This document shows, one piece after another, positions 24,579 through 38,928 of a stretch of 64,000 nt of DNA. How positions within the stretch are numbered: the first letter of the stretch is position 1; each line of letters starts with the position of its first letter. Source of the DNA: the human T2T-CHM13v2.0 reference genome, Homo sapiens. A model generated the notes under the pieces. The model ran no database searches and was not told the origin of the DNA. It saw nothing but the letters and a program-made list of their open reading frames with translations. The stretch is from NCBI RefSeq assembly GCF_009914755.1, contig NC_060933.1; one strand, 5' to 3'. The translations under genes and the position numbers were made by a program.

Positions 24579-25801
24579 GTCAATATAATTTTAAATAACA
24601 TAAGTACATGCATGTTCTCATTTCTCTCTGGGAAAGGAGGATAAATTCCACAACATTCAAACATAAAGCCCTTATATTCCCTGAACCTAAAGATCTATAA
24701 ATAGTTAGCATACCTTTCCTCTCACTGCAATATACTCTAAGATAGTTCCATCAATGGTCATTAATTGTTTTAAAGTGCAGAGAAATAATGACCAAAAGAA
24801 ATTGCTGATCAAAAGAACTTTCACCAAATAAAGACTAAAAGTCAAAAAGTCAAATTAATGCTGGATTTATGACTATTATATATTATAAAGAATATTGATG
24901 AGAAACATCGCAGTGCTGATTGCTATTATCATCTTTTCACTTTCCATTAGAGTTGTTTATATTATTTTTATTGGATTTTATTCAAGTTATTAAGGTTTTT
25001 ATTATATTCAAATTTTAAAAATCTCTTGAAACGCTAACACAAAGAAAAATGAGTCAGAACATGAAAAATGTTTTAGACAAGTTGACAACATATATTCTTT
25101 GTTCATTTCTCTTTTTTAGAAAAATTTCATCCTATTCACACCTACATGTACAAGACAGTGAATAAAATATAACAAATCACCCTATAGAGATGAAAAATAA
25201 GACACGTTGGTTCTGGAAACTTCTGTATTATACCTAGTGTCTCAGTGTATTTGGCAAATAAGAGCATCTGGAAATATTCTTTAAATTTTTCTATTTTATG
25301 ATTTGGTTGATAATCTCATAATACAAAGTCATTTTGAGACACTTGGAGAAATATTTTATTTTAACATTTGGTATTTGAGTATTCCTATCTGTTTTCTCTA
25401 TTTTTTTCATTGCCCTATAGTGATCTTTTAGGATAACCTCCCACTCCTCCCACCTACATACTTGCTACACTCTACATGCCCACACATATGCCAAACAGTT
25501 TTTTGGTGACAGATTAACATGAATTTGGTTGAGCTTGAAAGGCTATAAAATATATAGCTTTTACACTTCAATATTTTTAACATGCTTTTTGGAAGTTATC
25601 CTAGTTTGAGCCCAAGTGCCATTAGCTATAAAATGAATTTCAAATATGCCTTTTGGTATGCGCGATAAAATAGGGAGGTCATATTACTGGGAGTCTATTT
25701 ACATGGACAACTGGAAATCAATCAGGGAAATAATTTATTATAACACAGTTGGACACAATCGATCAATGTAACAGAATAGAGATCCTATAAATAGACCCAC
25801 A

Positions 25802-26868
25802 TATGGGGGACCTGCCCCAATAATCACGTAGGTTCTTTTCTATTTTCCTAAGCGTCGGCTGGCTTCAGAAATAAAAGGCCAGAGTACAAAAGAGAGAAAT
25901 TTTAAAGCTGGGCATCCGGGGGAGACATCACACGTTGGTAGGATCTGTGATGCCCCACAAACCACAAAAACCAGCAAGTTTTTTTAGGGAGTTTCAAAAG
26001 GGGAGGGAGTATACGAATAGGTGTGGGTGACAGACATCAAGTACTTAACAGGGTGATAGAATATCACAAGGCAAGTGGAGGCAGGGCAAGATCACAGGAC
26101 CACAGGACCGAAGCGAAATTAAAATTGCTAATGAAGTTTTGGGCACCATTGTCATTGATAACATCTTATCAGGAGACAGGGTTTTGAGATCAACCGGTCT
26201 GACCAAAATTTATTAGGCGGGAATTTCCTCTTCCTAATAAGCCTGGGAGCGCTATGGGAGACTGGAGTTTATTTCACCTCTGCAATCTCGACCATAAGAG
26301 ACAGGTACGCCCCGGGGGGGCCAGTTCAGAGACCTACCCCTAGGTGCGCATTCTCTTTCTCAGGGACGTTCCATGCTGAGAAAAACAATTCAGCGATATT
26401 TCTCCCATTTACTTTTGAAAGAAGAGAAATATGGCTCTGTTCTGCCCAGCTCACCAGCGGTCAGAGTTTAAGGTTATCTCTCTTATTCCCTGAACAATTG
26501 CTGTTATCCTGTTCTTTTTTCAGGGTGCCCACATTTCATATTGCTCAAACACACATGCTGTACAATTTGTGTACTTAACACAATTATTACAGGGTCCGAA
26601 GATGACCCTGTCATCCTCGGCTGACAGGATTAAGAGATTAAAGTAAAGACAGGCATAGGAAATCACAAGGGTATTGATTGGGGAAGTGATAAGTGTCCAT
26701 GAAATCTTTACAATTTATGTTTAGAGATTGCAGTAAAGACAGGCATAAGAAATTACAAAAGTATTAATTTGGGGAACTAATAAATGTCCATAAAATCTTC
26801 ATAATCCACGTTCTTCTGTCATGGCTTCAGCCGGTTCTTCCGTTTGGGGTCCCTGACTTCCCACAACA
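25802..26868 (-). mobile_element. MER11 (HERV-K11/HML-8) solo LTR
   Basis: Reverse strand begins TGTTGTGGGAAGTCAGGGACCCCAAACGGAAGAACCGGCTGAAGCCATGACAGAAGAAC; ~1.07 kb; internal ~90-bp repeat (AGTAAAGACAGGCATA x2); exact 6-bp TSD CCCACA at 25796-25801 and 26869-26874. Confidence 0.95.
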
Positions 26869-27094
26869 CCCACACATATAGGAACAACTGACTTTCACCA
26901 AAGGTACAAAAACAATTCAGTAGAGTAAAAGTAGTCTTTTGACAAATCTTGCTGGACACATGTAGTGTATGGATAAAGTGCATAAATAGCCATTGCAAAA
27001 AAAAGAATGAATTTTGATCACTACCTGTTACTATATAAAGCTTAACTCAAAATAGATCAAAGACCAAAATGTAAAACATAAATCTATAAAATCT

Positions 27095-27408
27095 GTTTTT
27101 TGTTGTTGTTGTTGTTTTTCAGACAGAGTCTTGCTCTATCATCTAGGCTGGAGTCCAGTGACATGATCTTAGCTCACTGAAACCTTTGCCTCCTAGGTTC
27201 AAGCAATTCTTCTGCCTCAGCTTCCCAAGTAGCTGCGACTACAGGTGTGTGCTACCACATCTGGCTAATTTTTGTGTGTGTGTATTTTTAGTAGAGATGG
27301 GGTTTCATCATGTTGGCCAGGCTGGCCTTGAACTCCTGGCCTCAAGTGATCTGCCTGCCTCGGCCTCCACAAGTGCTGGGATTACAGTCATGAGCCACCA
27401 TGCCTGGC
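27095..27408 (-). mobile_element. Alu (AluJb/Sx-like)
   Basis: (TTG)n tail, reverse dimer, TSD AAATCTATAAAAT on both sides. Confidence 0.96.
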
Positions 27409-28849
27409 CAAATCTATAAAATTTCTAGATGAACACGTATAGAAACTCTTTGTGATCTTGAGTTAGCCAAATATTTCCAAGAGGCAACACCAAAAACAAG
27501 ATCTATAAAGGAAAAAAAAATGTTAGATTTCATAAAAAATTTTTAAATGACTGCTCTTTGAAAGACATTAGTGAAAGAATGAAAAAACAAGGCACAGATT
27601 GGGAGAAAATATTTGCAAATCATATATCTGAAAAAAATTTTATCTATACCATATAAAGACCTCTCAAAACTCAATAATGTAAAAATTAAAAAAAAAAAGT
27701 AGGAAAAAAATTTGAAGAGACTTTCCCAGGAAAGACATGTAAATGGCAGATAAGCACATGAAAATTTGCTCATCATAATCATTAATTAAATGAAGATGAA
27801 AACCATAAGGAGATACCACCATATACGCATTGAAGAGCTACACTTAAAAAGTCTGGCTGTACCAAGTATTGGTAAGGAAGAACAGTAACTGGAACTCTTC
27901 TACACTGCTAGTGGTACAATCACTTCAGAAAACAGTTTGGCAGTTTATTTAAAAGTTGAACATATATCTATCATATGATCTCGCCTTTCTATTATTCCTT
28001 TTATGTTTATACAAAGCCTTGTACATGAATGTGCATAGCAGCTTTGTTTTTAATCGCTGAAAACTATAACCCAAACATTCATCAACAGGAAAATCAAGCA
28101 AATTGTGGTGGACCCATACAATGGAATACTACTGAACAACAAAAAGGAATAGACTATTGATGCACAAAAAAAATATACATTATTCTCAAAATAATTATGC
28201 TTTGTGAAAATAGCCAGACAGAGTCTGTACTGTATGAATGTATTTATATACATTTCTGGGAAAGGACAACACGTCCATAGTGATGGAAAGATCAGCCCTG
28301 ACCTTGGTATGTGGAGGGACAGAATGGGGAAAAGTACAAGAGAAGACCTATGAAGGGCATAAGAAAACTTTTGTGGGTGACAGATTGTACATTTTCTTGA
28401 TTGTGTTAATGGTTTCATGGGTATATACATATGTCAAAAGTTATCAAATTGTAGACTTTAAATATGTGTGATTTATTGTATGTCAATTATATTTTAATAA
28501 AATGTATATTTTTAAGTTGGGCATAGAAGTGTGTTTCAACAAAAACATACCAGTTGAGAGTAGAAAAGTCAAGTCCAGTATGGTGTCCGTTAGTTGAATT
28601 TTCCTGTACTTTATTTCGCTACAAATATATACCCAGATTCTTTTGAGAGATGGGGCTGTTAATAAAGTGGAATAAAGCAATATTCATTAATGGTATCTCA
28701 GCAACAGTTTTTTATGACCCTCTAACAACATGTCACCCAAAAATGGGAAAATTAAATGCATTCTACATCTACTCAGTACATCTTACAGCTTCATTTCATT
28801 GAGCACTTGAAGATCATAGCTCTACTGTGGCCCATTAAAGGCTCTAGTG

Positions 28850-29071
28850 CAAGCTTGTCCACCTCACAGCCCATGGGCCACATGTGGCCCAGGATGATTT
28901 TGAATGTGGCATAATACAAATTTGTAAACTTTCTTAAAACATTTTGGATTTTTTTCACAATTTTTTTTTTAAGCTCATCAGCTATCATTGGTGTTAGTGT
29001 ATTTTATGTGCAGCCCAAGACAATTCTTCTTATAGTGTGGCCCAGGGAAGCCAAAAGATTGAACACCCCTG
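28850..29071 (-). mobile_element. MER30 (hAT-Charlie MITE)
   Basis: CAAGCTTGTCCA...GGCCCAGGGAAGCCAAAAGATTGAACACCCCTG; hAT-type 8-bp TSD CTCTAGTG (28842-28849) / CTCTAGTA (29072-29079). Confidence 0.9.
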
Positions 29072-31099
29072 CTCTAGTACATGTCTCTAGGAGCAGTGAT
29101 ACCCAGTGGCAGTGGTGGCATATGATGGTAAATGATTTGACTGTACCTGCTGATGACTGGTGAGATGTCTTATAGCTTTGTGCATATGGAGACTGTGCAA
29201 CCATACCTGGAGAAGAGGAGCAAGAAAACCAGAAGTTCCCATGGAAATGGAGAGAATTTTGTTGGTATTACTTTAGTAAACATGGTTTATACACATAAAT
29301 CATCATTTTCACAGATAAATGCATTTCTAGTGATTGTAGGATATAAAGTGCTTAAATGAGCCCTAAATGATTGCCCCCAAATTTCTTGGACATGTGGCAC
29401 TTCACTGGATTGAGTGAAGATGAATTATTAACCACTAGCAGAAGGGCAACAGGTATAATGTGCTCTCATATTTTTATTTCTCAAGAGACATTTTCTTAAT
29501 TTGTTATGTTTAATTGATATTTCCAGTTATTCCAAAAAGAGAAATGTAAAAGTGCCTTCATTCTCAAATAATTAGGAGATTAGGAAACCATACTGGTAAT
29601 CCTAAACCTCATATTTGAAGTGCTTCCAGATTTAAGCCTTTTGAAGTGGAATGTTTTCTCAATTGCTTTTAAAATAAATTATTGTTATTTAATCTTCTTT
29701 GAATCACAGTGCTCCTACAGGGGACGAATATGCCAAAACAGATAAGAACATCTGTTTTGAAAGGGCTTTCTATTTCAAGTTTAATAGTCTCCCAAAGTTT
29801 ATATAACAGAGTCCCAAGCTGTTGCAAAGGTTTGACAGGCAGGTTTCTCTGCAATTCTGGGATATATGTTAGTTAGCTTTGCAGATAAAGCAAATAAAAC
29901 AGACTGAATTCCTAAATAACCAGTGATGCCAGTTTTTATTAATATTCTTAGTGGTGGCAAATACTCTTTCTTGCTGTTCTGGTTTAGCATTCCTCATTTC
30001 ACTTTTTTTTTTTTCCTTCTTTGGGGAATACCTGACCAACTGTAAGACAAATCAAGCTTATTTTTAGTCATTAGAACTTGGAGATTACCCCTTTCCTCTT
30101 TTTTGATTCCACAATAACACTGGATTCACTTTCCATATTTAAGATATGTTCATTTGGTAATATCAGACTGCATCTTAAGGAAGTGCATATAATTAAACTA
30201 AGGGCAATTATGTGTACAATAAGCTTCGGCTAGTTAGACACTTGCATCCAATCATTTTACATATTTTTATTGGTGACTCTTCAAAGATTTGCTAACATGA
30301 TTAACTTTCACTGAGTAGGATGGCTGGCTGCCTAAATCATTCACCTGATAATCCTGATTCTAGTCAATGTAGTGAAGGTACTTAGAGGCCCAACACCAGG
30401 TTGACCCCACCTGCCTGAGAGCCTCCAAACTCTACTGCATGAAGCCAGTGTTGAGCAGGCACCTGAGAAAGAGATGCATAGATTCCCAGTGAGCGATGGG
30501 GTGGCAGGGAGTGTTGTGGCTGCAAAGTACTATGCTCCTCACTGAAGCATGTCTTAATGTTCAGTGTCAGATATCAGTTATTCCGACCATTCACACCACA
30601 CGATTCCTCATTCATGTGTTAAGTGATTTGCCTGTGGATAGGCCCCAAATCTTCCAGGACTCTTGTAAAGTAAGCATATATAGTAGTGGTGTCATCTCCT
30701 AGAAAATAATATTAAATGGGGACAGGCAAATAAATAGTTGACATGAAACCTGCAGCTAAGGCTTTAAAATATGGGTAAGGAACTGCTGGACACTTCTTTA
30801 CAGAATATGTTTTCAAACTGGCTCAAGGAATATGAGGCTTTTACTTAAATTTGAATTATTTTTAGGCAAATGCCAAATTGCATGATAGCTTACAGATTCA
30901 ATTTTTGAAATTACTTACACTCAGTCCCCTGCCCCTGCCATTGACACGTTTTACTAGGCCTTAAAATTACTGTTTGGTCTGTAATAATCCTCATGCAACA
31001 ATAGCTTACCTGCAAATAGCTTACCATGAGAGTCCTGGGAATCTGTTGTTCTTGGCTTCTTTATTAGTGTTGTTTATAATCGTTTTCACCAGTGCATAG

Positions 31100-31267
31100 G
31101 GAGGAGCTTAGAGTAGCAGTTAGAGAACCTGATTCTCTGTCTTCTTAGCTGTGTGAATCACTACATGTTTCTGGAATTTAGTTTTCTCATTTATAAAATG
31201 AGATAAGGATATCAGGCCTGCCTACTACATAGGATTGTTTTGAAAGTCAAATGAAACAATGCATTTA
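31100..31267 (+). mobile_element. MIR fragment
   Basis: TAGCTGTGTGA...AGTTTTCTCATTTATAAAATGAGATAA...CCTACTACATAGGATTGTTTTG. Confidence 0.7.
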
Positions 31268-31268
31268 C

Positions 31269-31747
31269 TGTAGGGTAAATGCACCTGATAGCGATAAATT
31301 AAGCATAGCCTTAGAATGACCCTGCTTGGCAGATGCACCTGAATGTGTATTCTGAGCTAGGGAATTTGAGATTGGCCAATCCGGAGAGGCCAATCCAGAG
31401 ATATGTTCCTTTCCTATGAGGAATGTCTAAGCTCCTGTCCTGTCCTATCCTGTCCAGTCCCATGAACACAGGCTGTACATGAGAGTGTGTTTTGGGTTAA
31501 ATGAAGGTTGCCAGGTGGAGGTCATTAAGGGGAGGATGTTAACTGAAAATGCTATAAAAACTGCATGCTGTTTGCTAGCAGTTGCGGTTTTTCTGCCCAG
31601 CTTGCTGTCACTGGGCTGTGCAGTTATCTTGTCCAGCTCACACCTCTGGACTCTCTCCCTGTATGTAAACCCCTGATAAAATTCTGTGTCTTGGTTGCTG
31701 GCTCTGGGTCTCCTCCTCCGCCTCTTGAACCTGGTGCCTTCCTTTCA
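31269..31747 (+). mobile_element. ERVL-class solo LTR (LTR32/LTR47-like)
   Basis: TGTAGGGTAAATGCACCTGATAGCGATAAATTAAGCATAGCCTTAGAATGACCCTG...GCTATAAAAACTGCATGC (TATA-like)...CCTCTTGAACCTGGTGCC. Confidence 0.8.
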
Positions 31748-33799
31748 GTATAAAACTTAAACATCTTGAAAATTGTCATGTGCTATATGAATACACAGCA
31801 TCAGTACTACTATTTATTACTATTGTTTTTATTCCTATTTCTACCACATTGTGAATAATAACACTGGATGAGCTACTATCCAGTAAATTCTCATCATTGT
31901 CAGTGAGTCTGATCCATGTTGCACAATAGTTTATATATCTATTTTCTGTTTTGAGGGCAGCTTCCAGTTGAATATTTATTAATACCCAGAAATAACTATG
32001 GAATAAAGCCTCATTAGAGAATGAAAGAGGAAAATATTTCAAATGGACAAAGAAACAAAATTTTTAAAATGCATAAATTGTGTATTCCTGCTGGAGAAAT
32101 TATACATTTAGATTCTCTATTTATATCAGACTACAGTATTGTAAGAGATTAAGTCATTTGATATATTTATTGTGATTTCAAAACTCAAAGGGATTGACTG
32201 TTCGTTAGAGGAAGATGAAGTACATGCTGGTTAGAACCCTTTGTGAGGCTTTATCTGTGAGAATCATAACATGGCTCAAACCCCGTGGACACTCAAAATC
32301 TCTGCTAACATTTTTTGTTAGAAGTAAATAACTTAACACCAGCTTTCTGGAATTCTGTACCTGAAATTTCTGAGCAGCTTGATATTCTAGTTTATCCCTG
32401 AAGGGCATTATTAGTGACTCCATTATAAAAAGAAGTGCAGAGATAATATATGTGTCTCTATAGTTTGCATGCTGAGTAATGACCAAGGCGAGAGAATATT
32501 TCCACAGGCTGGTAATGGGGAAGCTTTGCTTCCTTGTAGTTCCACATCAGCCACACCTATAGCTGTCCTGACACTGTAGCATCATATATGTGGCCTAGAG
32601 GGAAAACTGATTCTGCACATAGCATTTGTTTCCCCAGCCACAGAGGGTAAAAGAGAGAGTCAAGCCTCAGCAGGTGGGTCTCAATCCAGACAGAAACAAG
32701 GCTGATGATCAAATAAGCCTATAACAACTGAATTCAAGCAAGACCAGTTAGCTGAGGAGCAGGCAGGGGAAGAGGTATCTAGCTCAGGGTTAAACTGCTG
32801 TCAGGAGCTCAAGTCCCCTGAGACCACAGCTAGGCCTGTTGAAGGCCACTGCTCAGCCATGACAAGGAGTGAAGACCTTCCTTTAAGAATCAATTAGTGG
32901 TTTGTCCCTGTGAGAACATGTAGGTGATTCAAAGCTCTGGGCACAACTGTTCACCTGGTATCTGTGACTAATGTAGCCTAAAGGAACATTTTCTTTTATA
33001 TTGTTGTGCAATAACATAATCTGAGGATCCGTTGTTTTTCTTGCAAAACTCAAAAAAAAAATTTCACAGAAAGCATTTGGCTTTACAGAAAGTGAAGGAA
33101 GTGTTGCTTACTCTGTATCATGACTTGCTTGAGAATCAAGAAATAAGAATTTTGCTGTGTGAGAAGCTAACATCAGCAACAGCCTCTCCCTCTTCCACCC
33201 ACATCCCAACATATACCACCTCCAGCCAGTCCAGAGCTCCACTGGCACTCTCATACAGGAGCTTTTTCATTACCGAATCCCAGACACCCCATTCAATTAT
33301 TAAAGAACGCCCTGTTATATTTATTACAGAGGTGGCTGATATTGCTGCCAATTGTCGAATTTCGGTTTCCTGTGGTTGATTTTCATGCATGAGGAACACA
33401 CGGCTGCTGGGCAGGCGCCAGCACTCCATCAATCTCTCCAGGCTGCCTCGACCTCAGGATATGTAAGAGTAGCGGATAAATTGGAAGATCAATGACTTGT
33501 CCCTCCTGCCGCACCACCTGCTATTGAGAAATTAATATGAGGATCACTATAAATAAAAGATAAAAGATGATATGGCTTATAGTGTAAAATATTAAGGCTG
33601 GACACAATGTGCTGGAGGAATCCAAACCAAAATCTAAGCAAATTAACCCTGTAAGGGCCTACTACCACCTTTCTGGAAATCGAGTTTGAGAGAGATCATG
33701 CTGTAATGTGATATGGGTTTCTTTATATACTTGATAGAGAAAAAGGAACATTAATGAAATAGTGTCCCTTCTCTTTTCTATGTAGAGTTTTTGGACTTG

Positions 33800-33930
33800 A
33801 AGGGATTACAGAAATTATTTATTCCAGTCAACTCATTTAACATGAGAAAACTGCAGACCAGAGAATTAAGTGGTTTGCTCAAGTTTTTGCAGCTAGCTGG
33901 TGACAGACCTGCTAATTGGCCTCCGTTCTA
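33800..33930 (-). mobile_element. MIR fragment
   Basis: CTCATTTAACATGAGAAAACTGCAGACCAGAGAATTAAGTGGTTTGCTCAAG...CAGCTAGCTGGTGACAGA. Confidence 0.7.
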
Positions 33931-34831
33931 ATGTTCAATCTTTATTTTTTTTTATCAAGCCACCTCCTATCACAAAGGCTCTTAATAAACTCTCATTTTA
34001 ATGCTCTCTAGGGCTATCCTAAGAAAAGCGCTAATTTGTAATCATGCCAGAAGCAGTAAAAGATGGCGGTATTTCTTAATATGTACTCAAGACCAAATAT
34101 CTATCTGTGGCATATAATAAATGTTTGACAGATATCATTTACAAAGCACATTTGTTTCTGAGCATCGCAGGGGACGTTATCCATGTTTCTCCTGGGGCTT
34201 AAGAAATGAAACAGATGATCAGACTCAAGAACATATGCAGAGCCCAAGAGGGAATTGGAGGAAGAAAAAGAAAAAATACCAGAGGTAATAGGAGAACACT
34301 AGTTGTGGAAAAGATAAGGCCTTGAGGGGCAGCAATTTGACATCAGAATAGAAGCTGAAAGCTGAAGTTGAAGAGTCACAGGTTAATTTTGTTCGAATCT
34401 TGAAAAGTCTAAATTCAGTTTTTGGCTCTGGTGCACCATGTGCCTGGGTTAATTTGGGTGGCTCAATCCCAAAGCAGCTCTGAACCCCAAAGCGGCTCCT
34501 CTGAATTCCCAGTTTCAAGTTCCACTCTGTCCCTGCTGGGCATCTCGAGATATGGGAAACAGGGCTGTTATAATTGCCAGACAGCTGAGTTCTGTACATA
34601 CCTTGATTTGCAATTTTTTTTGGCTGCTTCTCAGGACAACTGGTGGAGATTTAGATTCCTTAAAATGCAGTTATGAATCTATTGGCCTCAACTCTATTTC
34701 TACCCATGAATTCATTTGTACTTGGCAAAGACGACTTAATTTCTCATTTGTTATGTCATTTAAACCTCTCTTTAGAGCCTCTCCTCACTCTTACCTGTTA
34801 ATAATCGGAAGTCAGCTACATGAAACGTTCA

Positions 34832-35200
<369 letters not shown>

Positions 35201-37029
35201 TTAAAACCAAATCATCTACTGAGTGACAGAGGCTGATTCTGCCTTTAGTAGGTTAGAAAGATCCCCAATCTCAAACTCTTACTTTTTCTAAAAAAAAAAA
35301 ACAAAACAAAACAAAAAAAAAAACTGTCAGTGCTGTTTCTTAAGGATCAAAAAGTATGCATTACAAAAAAAAAGAAAAAAGAAAAAAATTAGAGATCAAT
35401 GCCTGCTATCCCTGAAATACCTGCCTCAGTTGAGAAATGAATATAAAGATCATTATAAATAAAAGATAGAGGTGATACAGCTTTTGGAGTAAAATATTAA
35501 GCCAGTCACAGTGTGATGTATCAAGTTTAACCAAATTAACCTGTGGGATAAACAGGGGCTTAGTTTTTGTTGCACTTGAAAAATGAACTATTATGAAAAA
35601 AAAAAAAAAGCTTGTATATGAAAAAGAGGTATCCGGGGCTCAAAATTGAGAATGCAGTTCCTCTCCTTTGAGGTCATCTGTCTCAGACACCTGCATGAGA
35701 TTTGGAAAATGCTTTCCCCTGAGCAACAAAGGCAGAGTAATCACTCAATCTTCTGCAAAGGTGCACTAACTTATCTTATTGGTTGATACGGTAGCTGCAA
35801 GCCATGTTTAGGGGATGGTTATTTTTTGCATTTCCATCCAAAAGCTTCCCTCATAAAACATGCTTTCCATTGGAATGTACACAAATCATTTTTCTAATAT
35901 ACCATTCATTAGATTAATGTTACTATTAGAGCTGCATAGAGCACATATGTGACTTGAGCATTTTTCCAGAAATGCATTATATAACACAGGGATTTCTCAT
36001 TCATAATTGCAAAGGTTTCAAAACAGCTCCAGAGGAGACTTTAGAAACAGGCTAGCACCAATGAATTTTTCACCCTTTTGCCTAGTCTCCCCAAATTGTG
36101 TCTCTTTTCCAGAAAATGAGATATAAATAAAATCTTGGTCCAGTTGAAGCAATTATTTTGACCTGTTGAGATAGACAGCCAGAGTTTTTCTCTAAGTCTG
36201 TTGGGTATAGACTCCTTTTCCTGCATTTTTTGACCTTCTCTCTAACCCTGAAAGAATATAGATGGGTTGGGTGACTCACATCCACTTTTGGAGTAGTGCA
36301 CTGAATTATTTAGCATAAGCAATGGTGGAAAGTGGAGGAGTAAGCGAGGAGAAATAATTTTAAAATATCTTTAGCTGGAGGAAAGTTGGCCTACCTACAC
36401 AAGAGTAAATATGGCATGTGTAGTGATTCAAATATTCAAAGATGTCTGTTTTAGCAATAGAGACCAGATCTGGACACAGTCCCTGGCACAGTCAGACATA
36501 CACCTGCACGTTCACTATATCAAAAGAACCACAGAAGTGTGTTGAAAACTGCTTAAGTGAGAGACATAAACACAAGTACAGATGAACGGACAGGAATTCA
36601 AGGCTTTAAATGCTGGACTGCTGGCAAAATCCTCAGCAGGGTAAGCTCCAGCCCATTTTCAGTTGTGAGACACTAAGTTCACATTGCAGACATGCGAGAA
36701 TGTTTGTTCTTTCCTGCCTGATATTTTAGGGAGGATATTAAACACCCCTGTTAAATGTCTGCCAGTGATTGCCAGAATTAAGCTTTTGAAAATGATGGCT
36801 GTGATCTTTAATAGGGTTGTGCCCTTGTCAAGACTCTCAGGCAGAATTTCCAATGTAATTTCAAACCAGATATTTCTTTTGGATGATGTGCATGTCTGAC
36901 TCACTGCAAGAAAACATCCGTGTATAGTTGAAGTTAGGAACCAGCTGGTGTAAATTTGTATGTTATCTCATGAGCTGACTTTTTAGCTACTTTTTGTTCT
37001 TGTATTGTGGCTAAGCTTGATATTGTCTC

Positions 37030-37462
37030 AGGGCCTTTGCACTTACTGTGTAAAAATAATATTGTTATTCTTTTTCTAGAATAACATTTTAGAATAATTG
37101 TTTTCTAGAATAATATTTCCAGAAAAATCTCTATAAATTATTCCTTTCTATTCCTTGGCATGTGACTTAAATGTCACCTCCTAAAAAGTCATTTTCTTGA
37201 TGATCCAGTATCTCAGCTTAGTCACAATTGTATTACCTTAATTCATTTTCTTTGAACCACTTACCAATGTTTCAGGAACAGTAACAGAATAATCATAAAA
37301 ATAATGACTATCTTCATTTATTTGTATTTAGATAGACTTCTTCTCAAAGAACGCAAACTCCATGATGGCAGAAATTGAATTTCCTTTTTATTCCCTGTCT
37401 ATGCCAGCCTTGGAACAGTGTCTGGCTTAGTGTAGTCACTCAAGGTTTGCTGATTGAGTGTA
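37030..37462 (+). mobile_element. L2 3' end
   Basis: AGGGCCTTTGCACTTACTG...TTAAATGTCACCTCCT...AAACTCCATGATGGCAG...GGAACAGTGTCTGGCTTAGTGTAGTCACTCAA. Confidence 0.75.
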
Positions 37463-38679
37463 TAAAAATATATGAGTAGACAAATGGATTTGGAATGATT
37501 TGAGGTCACTCTTAATGATGGCTCGGGGTTAATGATTAGATTTCAAGTGTAGGTATAAGAGCTGGAAGCGATCTTGTCACATCCTCATAGCTAGGGCAAG
37601 ATTCCCTTCTGTTGCATCCCTATTGCATAATCAATTAGTCTGTGCTTGAATAACTGTATATGAAAGACTCTAGCCATTGGCACTCTCTTAGCTGTTTCAA
37701 ACTGATCACAGCCTTCCATGGGAATTTGTTTCCTGTTACACAGCTATAACTGAGAAAACTCTGATTATCCAGGATCTTTTCACTCAGTCCTTTCAGCTGT
37801 TGTTCTTTCTCTAGCTCCTGGAGAACAGACAGGACAGAGTTTCTCCTCTAAATTATATCTTTTAGGTTTACATGCCTGCTTGTAACAAATTTAGTGCACT
37901 GTTACAGAAAGATTCAGCGGGATTGTCTGCTATGTATTACTGTATTTCTTGATAGTATTTAGAAATAATTTGTCTTCAGGTTCTATGTTATATTTGAGAA
38001 AGTATAGAAGAGATTTAGGGGTTATGTCAGAAGGATCAGATTGGTATTTGAATTTATCCCCTTTAATGTATCTAATGCTGATGCTATGAGGAATTGAACA
38101 GTATAGTCACAACATTATTGCCATTGCTTAAAAAATGTATATATGGTAAAAGATATGGTAACTCTGGAACCCCTCTATGATGGGAAAAGCTTCAACTATG
38201 TCTTAGACCTCAGAGTATTTCTCAAAACATTGTGATACAAAGCATCTCTCCTTTTCTTGTTTCTTTGTATGCACAATTAATTAACAAAAAGCATACCTCA
38301 TATTCCAGAAATAATGATGATTTAGTTGACATTTGCCGGGGGGTGCATGTTTAAAGGTCCATCATTTGTACATAGCAGTTTAGAGTCACACAAAGCATGG
38401 ATATTTGGGCCCCAGTGAAAGCCCCATGGAGTCATTTTCATATATCTGTTCACCACTGTGTATAAATGGGAGAAAAATCAAAACCCCTTGTAGATTATGG
38501 TAAGCCAGAACTTCTTTCACGTTTGCTGTGACAAATAGGTACAAAGGTATCAAACATCTGCAAAATAGCCTTGCAGGATTTGATAGAACTCTCAAGTGGG
38601 ATGTAGAAAATATATAACAAAAAGAAAGGCAAGTCAGAGCAGCTGGGAAACTTTTTCAAGGACAACTGGGTAACAATAG

Positions 38680-38928
38680 TAACAACAACAATAATAAGAC
38701 CCATTATAAAAGGCTTAGAATGGCACAAAGTTCTAAGGACGTTACATATATTAACTCTTTACACACCACAACCCTATAAGATGGGTAGAGTTATAACCCT
38801 TATTTTTCAAATGAGGAAATGAAACAGAAAGACATGAAGTAAGCTTCCTGAGGTCCCACCAGTAGTAAGTGACAGAGCTAGGAAAAAGCCCTAGGCTCTC
38901 TAACTTAGAGTCAGTGCTCTTAACCAGT
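38680..38928 (-). mobile_element. MIR
   Basis: CACAACCCTATAAGATGGGTA...TTTTCAAATGAGGAAATGA...AGTAAGTGACAGAGCTAGGA...TGCTCTTAACCA. Confidence 0.8.

Larger units (their letters stand above)
25755..28502 (+). mobile_element. Old L1M (L1MD/L1ME-like) ORF2 end and 3' UTR, interrupted by MER11 and an Alu
   Basis: GATCAATGTAACAGAATAGAG...ATAGACCCACA | CACATATAGGAACAACTGACTTTCACCAAAGG; GGGAGAAAATATTTGCAAATCATATATCTGA; terminus TATGTCAATTATATTTTAATAAAA. Confidence 0.85.
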
